This document shows, one piece after another, positions 45,201 through 54,275 of a DNA stretch of 64,000 nucleotides. The stretch covers positions 3,995-67,994 of the forward strand of contig CAKRNA010000008.1 in assembly GCA_934365195.1 (NCBI GenBank), in the 5' to 3' direction. Position 1 is the stretch's first letter. Every line of letters starts with the position of its first letter. Below the pieces are notes generated by a model. It saw only the letters and a program-made list of their open reading frames with translations. It did not search any database and was not told the DNA's origin. The position numbers were made by a program, and so were the translations under genes. Source of the DNA: an uncultured Clostridia bacterium. Lineage in GTDB: Bacteria > Bacillota > Clostridia > Christensenellales > CAAEEZ01.

Positions 45201-46853
45201 AACTATAAACCTATCCAGTTCCTTTTTGGAGAAAATGGTAGGCGACAAGAATTTCATATTGCTAACAAGCGCAAACAACTTCCTAAGTAGTTCCAGCCCT
45301 CTCACGTTCAAAATTTGAAGAGGAACGGCGGAGGTTATCTCCTTTCTTACTTTTCTTAGGTCGGTTAGTGCGCCTAGCGCCGATATTAAATGTTGTTTTA
45401 GGGTGATTTGGTGGGTGTACGACGTGTCCGTATCGATATAGCCGTACCACTCGTTTTTCTTGTAGTTTACGCCTATCGACTTGGTGTACTCCACGTACCT
45501 TTCAATAAGGGCAACCGACCTAGTTAGGTGGTCCATACCCTTGTTTTCTATATTCTTTACGATAAATTCAATCTCTTTTACGTTGTCAAGCCCTGCCACC
45601 TCGCAAAAAACTCTAAACGGCGAAACCTCGATAGTTGGCGTGGTTTCGTGAAGTTTGGTAGCGTACTCGTCCAATTTTTCCTTAACGGTGTTTAGGGTGG
45701 TAAGTTCCTCAAGCGCCTTTACGGGAACGGTGGTTTTAGGCTTGTTTAGTATCCTATTAAGTTCTGCTATAACTTCCTTTTTATTCGTCTTATAACTGTG
45801 CAGTTCAAGGCAGAAGTCGTCAAGTTCCGCTTTTTTAAGGTTGTTGTAAACCACGTTTAAAGCGGCAAGTTTTTCGCTTACGAACAATATCTTTTTGCCG
45901 TCGTACAAGCACTCTGCGATTATATTTGTTATCGTTTGGCTTTTTCCTGTTCCCGGCGGGCCTTGTAAAACGAAACTCAGCCCTTGCTTTGCCATTTTGA
46001 TAGCGTCTATTTGGCTGGAATCGGCGTCAACCACGTTGTGAAGTACAAGGTCGCTATTTTTAACCTCCTCAGCCATAGCGATATTTTCCTTTTCGTTCAC
46101 TTGCCTTTCGCCAAGCAACGTTAGTACGTTTTTGTTTTGCAAAATGTGGTCGGCGTTGTTTTTAATATCGAGGTACATATTCATTTTCAAGAACGAAAAC
46201 AAACCTATCCTCATTTCCTTAGTGGTTTTCCAGCCAAGCACAGCCACGGTTTTTGCAACTTTTACAAGGTATTCTTCAAGGTCCTCCCCGTCCTCTAAAA
46301 CGGGCAACTTGATATTTTTTTCAACGGCAAGTTTGTAACAAAGCGTAGGGTTGATTATCACCTCGTCCTCGTACTGCTCTATTACGGTAGGCGCACTTAT
46401 GCTCTCCTTTTTTATCGTGATAGGCACTAAAATTAGCGGCGCTTTGTAGTAAGAGTTATTTCCCTCTTCCTTCCACCAAACGAAACCGACAGCCAAATAC
46501 AAAACGTTGATACCCCTTTCAAGTATCGTTTCTTTTGCCTTTTTGTCTATGGCTTTAAGCACCTTATCGGTAGGAGTGTACCTATTAAGCAAGGCGATTT
46601 GATTAGCCTTTAAATCGGTAAGATTAGCGGCAATATCCCTAGTAATAGCCTTTTCAAGATGCTTTTTTTGAACGATATCGTCTATATCCACCACGTTAAG
46701 CGACGGTTTTTCGCCTGTAAAAACAGAATACACCGTTTGCACGTTTGGAAAAACCACCTCCAAAGTGTTCACCTTAGAGTCCTTGTAGTTTATAAGTTTA
46801 TTCCTTTTGCCAAGGTCTAATAATCTATCTTCCCATTTATCTAATTTCGCCAT
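42297..46853 (-). CDS. DUF4011 domain, SF1 (Upf1/DNA2-like) helicase, Vsr/DUF559-like endonuclease and DUF3320 in one protein; Hhe-like single-gene defence candidate
   Basis: N-terminus KLDKWEDRLLDLGKRNKLINY (DUF4011). Helicase motifs GPPGTGKSQT, VIFDEASQ, VVGDSKQMPP, QGDERDTIIFS, RRLNVAVTRAK. Nuclease-like KIDLAV...LAIECDG...WQYYRVWSTDW. The start was moved to MAKLDKW (GGAG RBS). Confidence 0.8.
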   Translation of the reverse strand: MAKLDKWEDRLLDLGKRNKLINYKDSKVNTLEVVFPNVQTVYSVFTGEKPSLNVVDIDDIVQKKHLEKAITRDIAANLTDLKANQIALLNRYTPTDKVLKAIDKKAKETILERGINVLYLAVGFVWWKEEGNNSYYKAPLILVPITIKKESISAPTVIEQYEDEVIINPTLCYKLAVEKNIKLPVLEDGEDLEEYLVKVAKTVAVLGWKTTKEMRIGLFSFLKMNMYLDIKNNADHILQNKNVLTLLGERQVNEKENIAMAEEVKNSDLVLHNVVDADSSQIDAIKMAKQGLSFVLQGPPGTGKSQTITNIIAECLYDGKKILFVSEKLAALNVVYNNLKKAELDDFCLELHSYKTNKKEVIAELNRILNKPKTTVPVKALEELTTLNTVKEKLDEYATKLHETTPTIEVSPFRVFCEVAGLDNVKEIEFIVKNIENKGMDHLTRSVALIERYVEYTKSIGVNYKKNEWYGYIDTDTSYTHQITLKQHLISALGALTDLRKVRKEITSAVPLQILNVRGLELLRKLFALVSNMKFLSPTIFSKKELDRFIVDTAECKELAGKILALKGELDEQFDENIYKLDGNNLYARYVNLYGDVFRDLKRGYNKDKTDIILCLKPDKKLNYKHTVYYLEKLKEMQGLEAKYKEKEGFIKDILGEFYKGYQTDFDYAIKKGNDIKNFYSQGIDLSPLSNFAEGEFDELKYSMAIWSTKLGKVLNLNMQHFEFLEECFDKAIFNLKVEYLEKVIEKLSRCSGNIGELENWVLFYKLLEEAKQLDVLTFIDTAREKNVKAETMPSLYALLFYKQWAYQIFSESEVLSELDRVSHDKCVKLFKDKDELTFEISKAQINAKLSAMRPNVEAMAPGSQVAVLVREQEKQRKQMPVRMLLSRIPELILTLKPCFLMSPLSVSTFLDTDIEFDLVIFDEASQIFPEDALGAIYRAKQVIVVGDSKQMPPSNFFTASIGEEDFSEEDYNEDVEDFESILDLCTTAFSQNRLKWHYRSKTEDLIAFSNKNYYNGELVTFPSALKKNKNFGVDFYYVQGGVFDRKTKTNLIEAEQVANMVIDDLRKFPNRSLGVVAFSQSQQEVIERIIARKRDENKLLDKLFDQNQKEPFFVKNLETVQGDERDTIIFSVGYARDNSGKFFHNFGPLNRVGGERRLNVAVTRAKYNVKLVASIKYYDIDLNKTAAEGARLLREYLDYAENKAVALERNVRQRKSPVRDSAIVSEIYDFLTSAGYVVEKNVGSSSYKIDLAVKHPTLNKYVLAIECDGQTYLQSKSTRDRDRLRESVLEKLGWQYYRVWSTDWFRNNKVEKRRLLTVTKDAVTKMGLKDGAKGENKNASQKPTQNTLIIYKEYEQEPINKATYDGKYSNLICKIIIKEAPVSEEWIMKRTAVLFDKTFVTKAVKDSFNESLGKIKGITRKGGFIYKTSQGTFELRVPKKGEQRDIRYIAPEELAAGIEMVVKQNIEVTKDDLFKNIAQNLGYSRAGDVVTMQLEKALQLLKKAGKVSEKGNLITLK

Positions 46854-47293
46854 TACTATCTCCGAAAACATTTACTAAATAATAGTTTAACATTTATTAT
46901 TATATTTCGCAATAATTATAATTAAAAACCTAAAAAAGCCACGCTTATAACGTGAAATTTTACGGTAGCCTTTCAAAATCTATTTGCACAAATAAAAAAG
47001 GCGCTGGGTATCCCTTCGCCTTTTGTTGCTATTTCACAAAAAACACGACGACTATGCGAACGCAAAAGTTTGGAAACCCGAATTGATTTACTTGGAATCG
47101 AGTTCGACGTTGCACGGGTGCTTTCCTTTTTGTTTGCGAAATACTCTTTCGTTGTTGTAATAGCATTTATATTCGCTCTTCTTATCAATTCTATCAATAG
47201 TTATTAGTAATTATAAATCGAATTTTCCCCTTGCTTTTTATATATGTGGCATTGACTTTAATCAATGCCACATAAGCTTTCTTTTTACACAGC

Positions 47294-48664
47294 TCAATCA
47301 TTGATTGATACTGTGCCGTCGGTGCAAACAACTTTGCAAGTACTTGGAACATTAAGTTTCCAGTCAGCACCTTTCGTAATATTCTGCCATTTCGCTTTTG
47401 TGCCATTGAAATTGATAGAAGTAAGTCCTGTGCAATCACGGAATGCCACCTCTCCTATACTTTTCACGCTGTTTGGTATTGTGATTGAAGTCAGTCCTGT
47501 GCAATCTTGGAATGCATAATCTCCTATACTTTTCACGCTGTTTGGTATTGTAATTGATGTTAGTCCTGTGCAATAAATGAATGCACAATTTCCTATACTT
47601 TTCACGCTGTTTGGTATTGTAATTGATGTTAGCCCTGTGCACTCAGCGAATGCACCTCTTTCTATACTTGTCACACTGTTTGGTATTGTGATTGATGTTA
47701 GTCCTGTGCAATAAATGAATGCACCATTTCCTATACTTTTCACGCCTTCCGGTATAATAACTGACTTGCCACAACCAGCCACAAGTTTTTTGGTTGCTCT
47801 TTCTATAATACAATTATTTTCACTATAATAAACTTCATTATCTTTGTGTACCGAAATGTTTATTATGTTTTTTCCTGTAATAAATAATAGCGTTCCTATT
47901 TTTATTACACTTTTTGGTATAACAATGCTAGTTATTTTCTCATTTCTTCCAATCATTACTTGACCTATTCCTCTCGTTCCTTCTTTTACTTTATATTCAC
48001 CTGAGACGGTCTCTCTTACCGCTACAAGCCAGTTGTCAACGTACAAAGAACCATCTTGCCAATTTTTTTCATCATTATAATATGCTGTGTCCTCAAAATT
48101 GGTTGCTATATATGTAATTCCCTCGTGTAAATTAATCTTAGAGAGGTTTACACAGTTGTCAACCCATCCCATTATTTTGACAGGAATACCATCGATAGAA
48201 TATGGAATAACAAGTTCTGTCAACAACACCTTGTTTGAAGCACTTACCATATAACAAGGATACTCCTCGTCCGACAAAATAATTCCTTCGCCTCCTATAT
48301 CATCGGATATATCTTGAATAATACTGAAACCTAGATATGGATAAAGTCTCTTAAGCGCCGTTGACTTGACATCGCCACAAACGTCGCAAACGTCATCGCC
48401 ATTGCCGTCTATATGCTTTGCTACGTCTTTCTTTTCACCGCAACTGCACTCATGCCAATGCTCTGTCTCGGATACTTTCCAAGGTGTGTCAAAGTTGTGC
48501 TTGTGCGCACCTTGATTGCCTCCTTGGTCCGGGGTTGTGCCTTGGTCCGGGGTTGTGCCTTGCCCCGGCTTTGCCCCTTGTCCACCCGGATTACATGCCA
48601 CCAAGCATAGCGACACCACAGTGAGAACAATCACCATCACCAAAATTTTTGAAATTTTCTTCAT
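47294..48664 (-). CDS. BspA-type leucine-rich-repeat (LRR_5) lipoprotein
   Basis: Lipobox LVAC. A Q/G/T/P-rich linker. The 23-aa repeats [23 protein letters not shown]. RBS GGGAGGG. Confidence 0.85.
   Translation of the reverse strand: MKKISKILVMVIVLTVVSLCLVACNPGGQGAKPGQGTTPDQGTTPDQGGNQGAHKHNFDTPWKVSETEHWHECSCGEKKDVAKHIDGNGDDVCDVCGDVKSTALKRLYPYLGFSIIQDISDDIGGEGIILSDEEYPCYMVSASNKVLLTELVIPYSIDGIPVKIMGWVDNCVNLSKINLHEGITYIATNFEDTAYYNDEKNWQDGSLYVDNWLVAVRETVSGEYKVKEGTRGIGQVMIGRNEKITSIVIPKSVIKIGTLLFITGKNIINISVHKDNEVYYSENNCIIERATKKLVAGCGKSVIIPEGVKSIGNGAFIYCTGLTSITIPNSVTSIERGAFAECTGLTSITIPNSVKSIGNCAFIYCTGLTSITIPNSVKSIGDYAFQDCTGLTSITIPNSVKSIGEVAFRDCTGLTSINFNGTKAKWQNITKGADWKLNVPSTCKVVCTDGTVSIND
47400..47765 (-). 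repeat. About five tandem 69-bp intragenic repeats encoding the C-terminal LRR units
   Basis: Near-identical units CCTATACTTTTCACGCTGTTTGGTATTGT(A/G)ATTGATGTTAGTCCTGTGCA.... Confidence 0.85.
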
Positions 48665-48751
48665 AATCCCTCCCTTTTGTTTAGCATATCTCTTACTAAG
48701 AGTATGTAACCTAGTTTTGCCACGATAGTGACCTTGCTATTTTTTTGTTCC

Positions 48752-48804
48752 TTATAAAAGCAAAAACGCACCGCCCCATAGGCTATTGCCTATGCAGCAG
48801 TGCG
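48752..48804 (-). terminator. Strong intrinsic terminator between the microsatellite and the LRR gene
   Basis: On the minus strand: CGCAC-TGCTG-CATAGGC-AATA-GCCTATG-GGGCG-GTGCG followed by TTTTTGCTTTT. Confidence 0.7.
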
Positions 48805-48845
48805 TTGAACTTTTGTTATATTAGCCTCAAAGGGCAGATTTACGT

Positions 48846-48927
<82 letters not shown>

Positions 48928-49278
48928 AATGATTGTCGCAAACTTGTCATACCTTGTCAACTCCTTTTGCCTGTGTTTTACATTTTTTTTTGCAGGTTTT
49001 TGCGAGATTGATAGTTACATAAGTTTATATAACATGTATTTTTTTAATTGTAACATAAGTTTTTTATAAAATCAATACCTTAATGTAAAATTACACAAAA
49101 TCAAATATTCGCCCCTATTTATTCATTTCCTCTCATTTTCAACATCTTTTGCGCTATATAAAAACGCCCCGTGTTTTTGGGGCGCTTCCACTATCTTTGT
49201 TAACTTTTTTATCGTTTGAAAGGCATTTCTTTAATTAAGTTTTAATAATTTCCTATGAGAACTACCGCTTTGGGTAGT

Positions 49279-50703
49279 TTAGTCTACTTTCATAAGTTCG
49301 AAGTTTCCTTGGTTTATTCGCTTTCTCGTCTTTTTGAAAAATACGATTGCGTACACCATAGACACAAGCATAGTTATCGTCCAGCCTATCGAGAACGACC
49401 AGCAAATTGCCTTAAACTGCATAGCGGGTACTAAGATATACGCTAGCGCCACCCTCGTACCAAGGTCTAGGAAAGTGCAAACGGTAAAGCCCACCATATT
49501 TTGACTTCCTTTTAGCAGTCCGTCGCACATAATTTTGAAACTTACCGCACAGTAAAACGGCGCAACCACGTACAAAAACTGCATTCCGTAGTCCAAAATA
49601 AGTTCACGATTGCCGTCGGTGTTTTTCGATATGAATAAGCCTATTATCTCCCTTGGTAAGCACAGCATAATGATGGTGCAAACCAGTATAAAACCTTCGC
49701 TGATTATCAGCATATCTATAAAGCCTTTCTTTATCCTTTCGATATCCAAAATGCCTAGGTTTTGTGCGGTGAAAGTGGATATTGCGTTGGACATTGCCAC
49801 AACCGACAAAGTGATAAGGCTGTTTAGTTTTAGCGCTATTCCAAACCCGGTGAACATTTCGGTGATGCCAAAGGACATTATCAAAGATTGAATAAGCAAA
49901 TTGCCCACCGATATAAAACTTTGTTGCAAGATAGAAGGAATGGCAACCTTGGTCATTTTAACTAGGGTGCTAGACGAAAAATACTTGTTTTTCTCGCCCG
50001 TTTTAATCTTTACAACCTTGCGAAGTAGTAGCACGATAGCAATAATAGATACAACGCCTTGGCATAAAAACGTAGCCCACGCAACCGCCAAGATAATATC
50101 GTCAAAAAGCAATGCAAACACTACGTCGCAAATAATATTAGATACCGACGAGATTATAAGCAAAATTAGTGGCGTTTTGCTATCGCCAAGCCCCGTGCTG
50201 ATGCTGTTTGCTATGTTGTAAATAAACAGGAAGAAAAAGCCGTAAATATAAATTTGCAAATACCTATCCGCCGCATCTATAATATCGGGCGTGGTTTTTA
50301 ATAATTCAAGCAATGGACGAGAAACGAATATGCCGATAACGGTGATAACAGCCGCCATAATCGACAAGGAGATAATAGCCGTGTAGATAGCCGTTTTCGT
50401 CGCCTTGTACTCGTGCTGCCCAAAATACCTAGAAATGATTACGCTTGCCCCGGTAGTTCCGCCAACTGCAAAGGCGATAAATATCATAACGATATTCGAG
50501 GAAGCGTTGATTGCAGCCGACGCCACCATTGAGTTTGCGCCACCCATATTGCCCGCCACAATGTTGTCCGCTAGCGAATACAGTTGCTGAAATACCATTG
50601 ATAAAAGCAAAGGCAAGGCAAACCTAAGTAGCACCTTAAACGGATTGCCTACGGTTAAGTCACCTTTCGCTATACTGTTTGACACCGATACGTTTTTGTC
50701 CAT
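49279..50703 (-). CDS. MATE-family multidrug/oligosaccharidyl-lipid efflux transporter
   Basis: 474 aa and about 12 TMs. The N-terminus ...GNPFKVLLRFALPLLLSMVFQQLYSLADNIVAG is typical of MATE/NorM proteins. Confidence 0.85.
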   Translation of the reverse strand: MDKNVSVSNSIAKGDLTVGNPFKVLLRFALPLLLSMVFQQLYSLADNIVAGNMGGANSMVASAAINASSNIVMIFIAFAVGGTTGASVIISRYFGQHEYKATKTAIYTAIISLSIMAAVITVIGIFVSRPLLELLKTTPDIIDAADRYLQIYIYGFFFLFIYNIANSISTGLGDSKTPLILLIISSVSNIICDVVFALLFDDIILAVAWATFLCQGVVSIIAIVLLLRKVVKIKTGEKNKYFSSSTLVKMTKVAIPSILQQSFISVGNLLIQSLIMSFGITEMFTGFGIALKLNSLITLSVVAMSNAISTFTAQNLGILDIERIKKGFIDMLIISEGFILVCTIIMLCLPREIIGLFISKNTDGNRELILDYGMQFLYVVAPFYCAVSFKIMCDGLLKGSQNMVGFTVCTFLDLGTRVALAYILVPAMQFKAICWSFSIGWTITMLVSMVYAIVFFKKTRKRINQGNFELMKVD

Positions 50704-50845
50704 TTTTTCCCTAAAAAAGTGTAAATTTCAGTAATTTTCCCTCACAATTTCACAAAGATTATATATCAATTTAATTCAATAAGCAAACGATTTTATCAAT
50801 TATTTTATATAATCTTACAAATTTTTTTACCAAGCGTTTTCCTTA

Positions 50846-50871
50846 CAAAAAAACGCAACGAATCGTTGCGT
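50846..50871 (-). terminator. Intrinsic terminator after the 244-aa membrane protein gene
   Basis: ACGCAAC-GAATC-GTTGCGT flanked by A7 and T runs. Confidence 0.65.
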
Positions 50872-50927
50872 TTTATTTTTAGATTTATTAAGATAACTTT
50901 TAACGTAGCACCTGCCCTAATTTTAGG

Positions 50928-51662
50928 TTAAACCTCGTTACCGTATAAGTGGCTTTCCTTTTTAACTAGGTTTTTATTAGGTAGTTTTTTGTCCATAAGT
51001 ATGTACAAAAGACCTAGCCCTGCGTACGCTAGCGCCATACCGAGTATTATCAGTATCATCCAGTAGCCTAGTACGTCAAAGTCCATAAACGGATATGGAT
51101 ATCTAGAACGAACCACCTCGCCTGCTGCCGTTTTGCCCACTACGAAAATCTTAGTTTTTTGTATGCCTGCCCTTGACGTGATTAGTATCAAATAAAAGAT
51201 AGGATACAGCAAAAACGACCATACTTTTTTGTAACTAACCGTTTTGTGCGGCATAAATGCAATCCAGTCGATAATTGCCATAATAGGCACGATATAATGC
51301 ACCAAAATATTTGCTACCACAAGTTTTATGCCCATTTGCGGATTGTTCACCATCGAGAACATCGTGCCCGACAGCATAATTGCGTACACCAAAAACGTAA
51401 TGGTAATGTAAAATACTAATGCAAGTTGCACCGAGCAATTTATGTGCGCCACTTCGTCGCCCTTTTCCTTTTTTACGATTTGCACCAAGGTTTTTACCGC
51501 CAAGGTTATCATCATAAACAAAATGAAAAAGTTTGTTTGCATAGTAAAATAGTATAGTTGCCTTACGGGTTGGTTGTCAATTACGAACAAAAACGTAATA
51601 CCGATTATGCTTAGCGTAACGGCAATACTTCTCCATAGGAGCGCTATAATTCTTTTTTTCAA
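50928..51662 (-). CDS. Integral membrane protein (about 6 TMs), unknown function
   Basis: Hydrophobicity pattern only. Confidence 0.6.
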   Translation of the reverse strand: MKKRIIALLWRSIAVTLSIIGITFLFVIDNQPVRQLYYFTMQTNFFILFMMITLAVKTLVQIVKKEKGDEVAHINCSVQLALVFYITITFLVYAIMLSGTMFSMVNNPQMGIKLVVANILVHYIVPIMAIIDWIAFMPHKTVSYKKVWSFLLYPIFYLILITSRAGIQKTKIFVVGKTAAGEVVRSRYPYPFMDFDVLGYWMILIILGMALAYAGLGLLYILMDKKLPNKNLVKKESHLYGNEV

Positions 51663-51689
51663 AATATTCTCCCTTTATTACTAGGCAGT

Positions 51690-52109
51690 TTACTTACCGT
51701 ATTTTGCCTCGAACTCCTCAACTGAATATATTTCAGCCTCAGGCGCCCATTTGCCAACGCTCAAAATTCCAGCCTTGCAAGAAGCCTTACTTGCGTAGCC
51801 TTCCTCTGAAATGCATAGCAAAGTACCGTTGTTTGCACGCAATCTATAACGGAATTTGTCTTGCTTATCCTTGTATAATTCAAATTTCGGATTAGTCAAA
51901 ACCTCATAATTTTTAACGGTTTGGTCCTCAACCTTGTCGATAACCGAGAATTTTCTTACGGAATCAATACCAAGTTTACAGTTTTTAAGTGCGGGATATA
52001 CGCCGTCGCTTACTGCGATTGTCTCGTTATTAGAGGCTTTCAATCTGAAATTGAAGTTGCCGTTTGCAGTTTTTGAATACACAAATTTACCTTTTAATTC
52101 CACAGCCAT
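51690..52109 (-). CDS. YegP-family protein (tandem DUF1508 domains)
   Basis: Two repeats of the F.F.LKA.N...I..S..Y.....C..GI.SV pattern: NFNFRLKASNNETIAVS and KFRYRLRANNGTLLCIS. Confidence 0.8.
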   Translation of the reverse strand: MAVELKGKFVYSKTANGNFNFRLKASNNETIAVSDGVYPALKNCKLGIDSVRKFSVIDKVEDQTVKNYEVLTNPKFELYKDKQDKFRYRLRANNGTLLCISEEGYASKASCKAGILSVGKWAPEAEIYSVEEFEAKYGK

Positions 52110-52374
52110 AATTTACTCCTTCTGTACAAAAATTTTGTTTTAAAATTTCACTCAATTTAAGATAATTTTATTATACTTTTTGGCAAATTAAAAGTCAATA
52201 CTATACTGCTTTTATATTCTTAGTAGTTTAATTTTATTATTATGTGCGAGCAAAAATTAACCTGTTTTTTTAAAACGTCAGCGTTATTTTTTTAAATTTA
52301 ATATATGTAAAAACGCCCCGTTTGGAGCGCATTTACGTAGGGTTATTATAAACTAATCCTAGGTAGGATTATGA

Positions 52375-52521
52375 TTAAGCGATATAGCCAAGTTTTACGA
52401 CTAAGTATACCATTATCGCAATATCAAAAATTAAAGATATAGCCAATGTGCCGTGGATAGCCCGTAGTAATCCGTCAAAAACGTCGCCGCACTCTCGTTC
52501 TTTCCTTTTTTTCTTTTCCAT
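52375..52521 (-). CDS. Possible 48-aa small membrane protein (MEKKKRKERECGDVFDGLLRAIHGTLAISLIFDIAIMVYLVVKLGYIA)
   Basis: RBS AAGGTGG just upstream. A basic N-terminus followed by one TM. Below the ORF-track cutoff. Confidence 0.4.
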   Translation of the reverse strand: MEKKKRKERECGDVFDGLLRAIHGTLAISLIFDIAIMVYLVVKLGYIA

Positions 52522-52779
52522 TTTCCACCTTTCTACCTACATTTTACAGTTTTCACTTTTTTACTTCAATATCAAGGTGTGTCATTATTAGGACGTTTGC
52601 CGTCTTTCCCCTCTTTTTTATAGTTTTTGATGAAGATTTACCTATTTTTATATAACTTTTGCCCAAATTTTCCTATTTTTATATATAGATTTTACCAAAA
52701 TTTCCTATTTTCCTGTATTTTTTTAGGCTATCTTCTCATAAAAACGTTTTCCCTAGCCCCCTAGTTTTGCTTTCTAATA

Positions 52780-52810
52780 ATAAAAAAGAGCGACTAAGAA
52801 TTCTTAATCG
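52780..52810 (-). terminator. Intrinsic terminator after rbr
   Basis: The near-perfect palindrome CGACTAAGAA/TTCTTAATCG is followed on the minus strand by CTCTTTTTTATTATT. Confidence 0.6.
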
Positions 52811-52836
52811 CCCTTACTTGTTTATTTAATTTTGAC

Positions 52837-53376
52837 TTATTTACCAAAATATCTGTTGTATAATCCGGTAAATCCTGCGCCGTGTCTTGCCTCGTCCTTA
52901 GCCATTTCGTGAACGGTGTCGTGAACGGCGTCGTAGCCTAACTCTTTTGCAAGTTTAGCGGTAGAAAGTTTGCCTTCGCAAGCGCCTGCCTCTGCTTCCA
53001 TACGCATTTTTAGGTTGGTTGCGGTACTATTAGTTAAAACGTCACCGATAAGTTCAGCAAATTTAGCAGCGTGCTCAGCCTCTTCCAAAGCGTATCTCTT
53101 GAAAGCCTCTGCAACCTCAGGATAGCCCTCTCTATCTGCTTGACGGCTCATTGCAAGATACATACCCACCTCGCTGCACTCACCGTTAAAGTTAGCGATT
53201 AAATCGTCCATAATGCGCTTGTCAACGTCTTTTGCAACGCCTACTTCGTGCTCGCAAGCATAACCCTTGCCCTCTACTAATTCCTTAAAAGTAGTTGCGC
53301 CACAAACCGGGCACTTCTCAGGAGCGCTATCGCCCTCATATACGTATCCACATACGGTACATACAAATTTTGCCAT
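52837..53376 (-). CDS. rbr: Reverse rubrerythrin (N-terminal rubredoxin domain plus a ferritin-like di-iron domain)
   Basis: CTVCGY...CPVCG rubredoxin knuckles, then [17 protein letters not shown]...EEAEHAAKF...EARH di-iron motifs. The start was moved to MAKFVC (GGAGG RBS). Confidence 0.85.
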   Translation of the reverse strand: MAKFVCTVCGYVYEGDSAPEKCPVCGATTFKELVEGKGYACEHEVGVAKDVDKRIMDDLIANFNGECSEVGMYLAMSRQADREGYPEVAEAFKRYALEEAEHAAKFAELIGDVLTNSTATNLKMRMEAEAGACEGKLSTAKLAKELGYDAVHDTVHEMAKDEARHGAGFTGLYNRYFGK

Positions 53377-53403
53377 AATAATTACCTCCAACGTTTTTAA
53401 ATT

Positions 53404-53787
53404 TTATTTTTTGTTTTTGCAATCCTCACACACACCGTAAAAGGTTAAGCCGTAGCCACAAAACCCGTTTTCGTCCATCTCGCAGTTTAACGCATCTACC
53501 AGCCTATCTGTTGGGAAACTATCCGTTACCTTGCCACACTTTAAGCATACTACGTGGTTGTGATTTTCCACCCTAGCGTCGTACCTTGCGCTTTCGAACG
53601 TTCCGCTGACTTCGATTATTTCGCCTTTGCTTTTAAGTAGCGCCAAATTCCTGTACACCGTGCCCTTACTAATAGACGGATTTTTTTGTCTGCACTTTTC
53701 GTAAATCCATTCGGCTGTCGGGTGACTGGTGGTATTTGACAATACTTCGTAAACCAGTTCACGTTGTTGTGAATAATTGTTTTTCAT
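53404..53787 (-). CDS. perR: Fur-family peroxide-stress regulator (PerR-like)
   Basis: HPTAEWIYEK...ISKGTVYRNL, HNHVVCLKCGKV, CEDC. The start was moved to MKNNYSQQ because a consensus promoter lies inside the longer GTG-started ORF. Confidence 0.75.
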   Translation of the reverse strand: MKNNYSQQRELVYEVLSNTTSHPTAEWIYEKCRQKNPSISKGTVYRNLALLKSKGEIIEVSGTFESARYDARVENHNHVVCLKCGKVTDSFPTDRLVDALNCEMDENGFCGYGLTFYGVCEDCKNKK

Positions 53788-53793
53788 GGTTTT

Positions 53794-53844
53794 ATTATAT
53801 AACCATTTTTTCACATTGTCAACAAAATTAGTAATAATTCCTAA
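53794..53844 (-). promoter_or_regulatory. perR-rbr promoter (leaderless) with an upstream Fur/Per-box-like palindrome
   Basis: On the minus strand: TTGACA (53822-17), 17 nt, TATAAT (53799-94), 6 nt, ATG at 53787. The box TTAGGAATTATTACTAA spans 53828-53844 (14 of 17 positions palindromic). Confidence 0.6.
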
Positions 53845-54275
53845 TTTTATTTTTTCTTATTATTTTACTTCACCCCTTACAATATAATTTTTTGCAGTAA
53901 TAAGGTTTTTATACTTGCCTATTACTCACTACTTATAAAGTTAGCAGTTAAATCATTTGCCACTCTTTTAATCGTCTTGTGAGGCGAATTCTTTGTGCCC
54001 GTAATATAACCCTTGCCAACTACAATCGCCCTCAAATAACCCATTATAATCGGCAGTAATCATACCCCTTGCCATTCGCCCTATACCAACCCCTATACTA
54101 ACCCCTTGAAGTTACCCATACAAAACAAAAAACGCCCAAACAGGCGTTTTTGATTTGCTTTAATATTTTGTTTTATTAAATTTGCTTTTTGTTTTCTTAC
54201 GATTACCTTACTTCTATATTATTTAGCATTTTATTAGTAACCGAATTTATTATATTTAAATTACTTTTGATTTTT

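Noticed and set aside
47040-47140. The words ACGCAAAAG and GGAAACC, reminiscent of c-di-GMP-I (GEMM) riboswitch motifs
   Set aside because: Their order, spacing and flanking helices do not fit the GEMM-I architecture as I remember it, and they lie on the strand opposite the downstream gene. This cannot be supported without a covariance-model scan.
46973-47197. 74-aa minus-strand ORF between the LRR and helicase genes
   Set aside because: It has no RBS, reads straight through an intrinsic terminator hairpin, and has odd composition. The region is treated as non-coding or structured instead.
47400-47765. Regularly spaced ~69-bp repeats that could superficially suggest a CRISPR array
   Set aside because: There are no unique spacers. 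The units are contiguous, in frame and encode LRR_5 repeats of the 47294-48664 lipoprotein. No cas genes are nearby.
53788-53814. GTG start giving a 136-aa PerR
   Set aside because: A consensus -35/-10 promoter lies within these nine codons, so the downstream ATG at 53787 is the more likely start. The longer form is kept only as an alternative.
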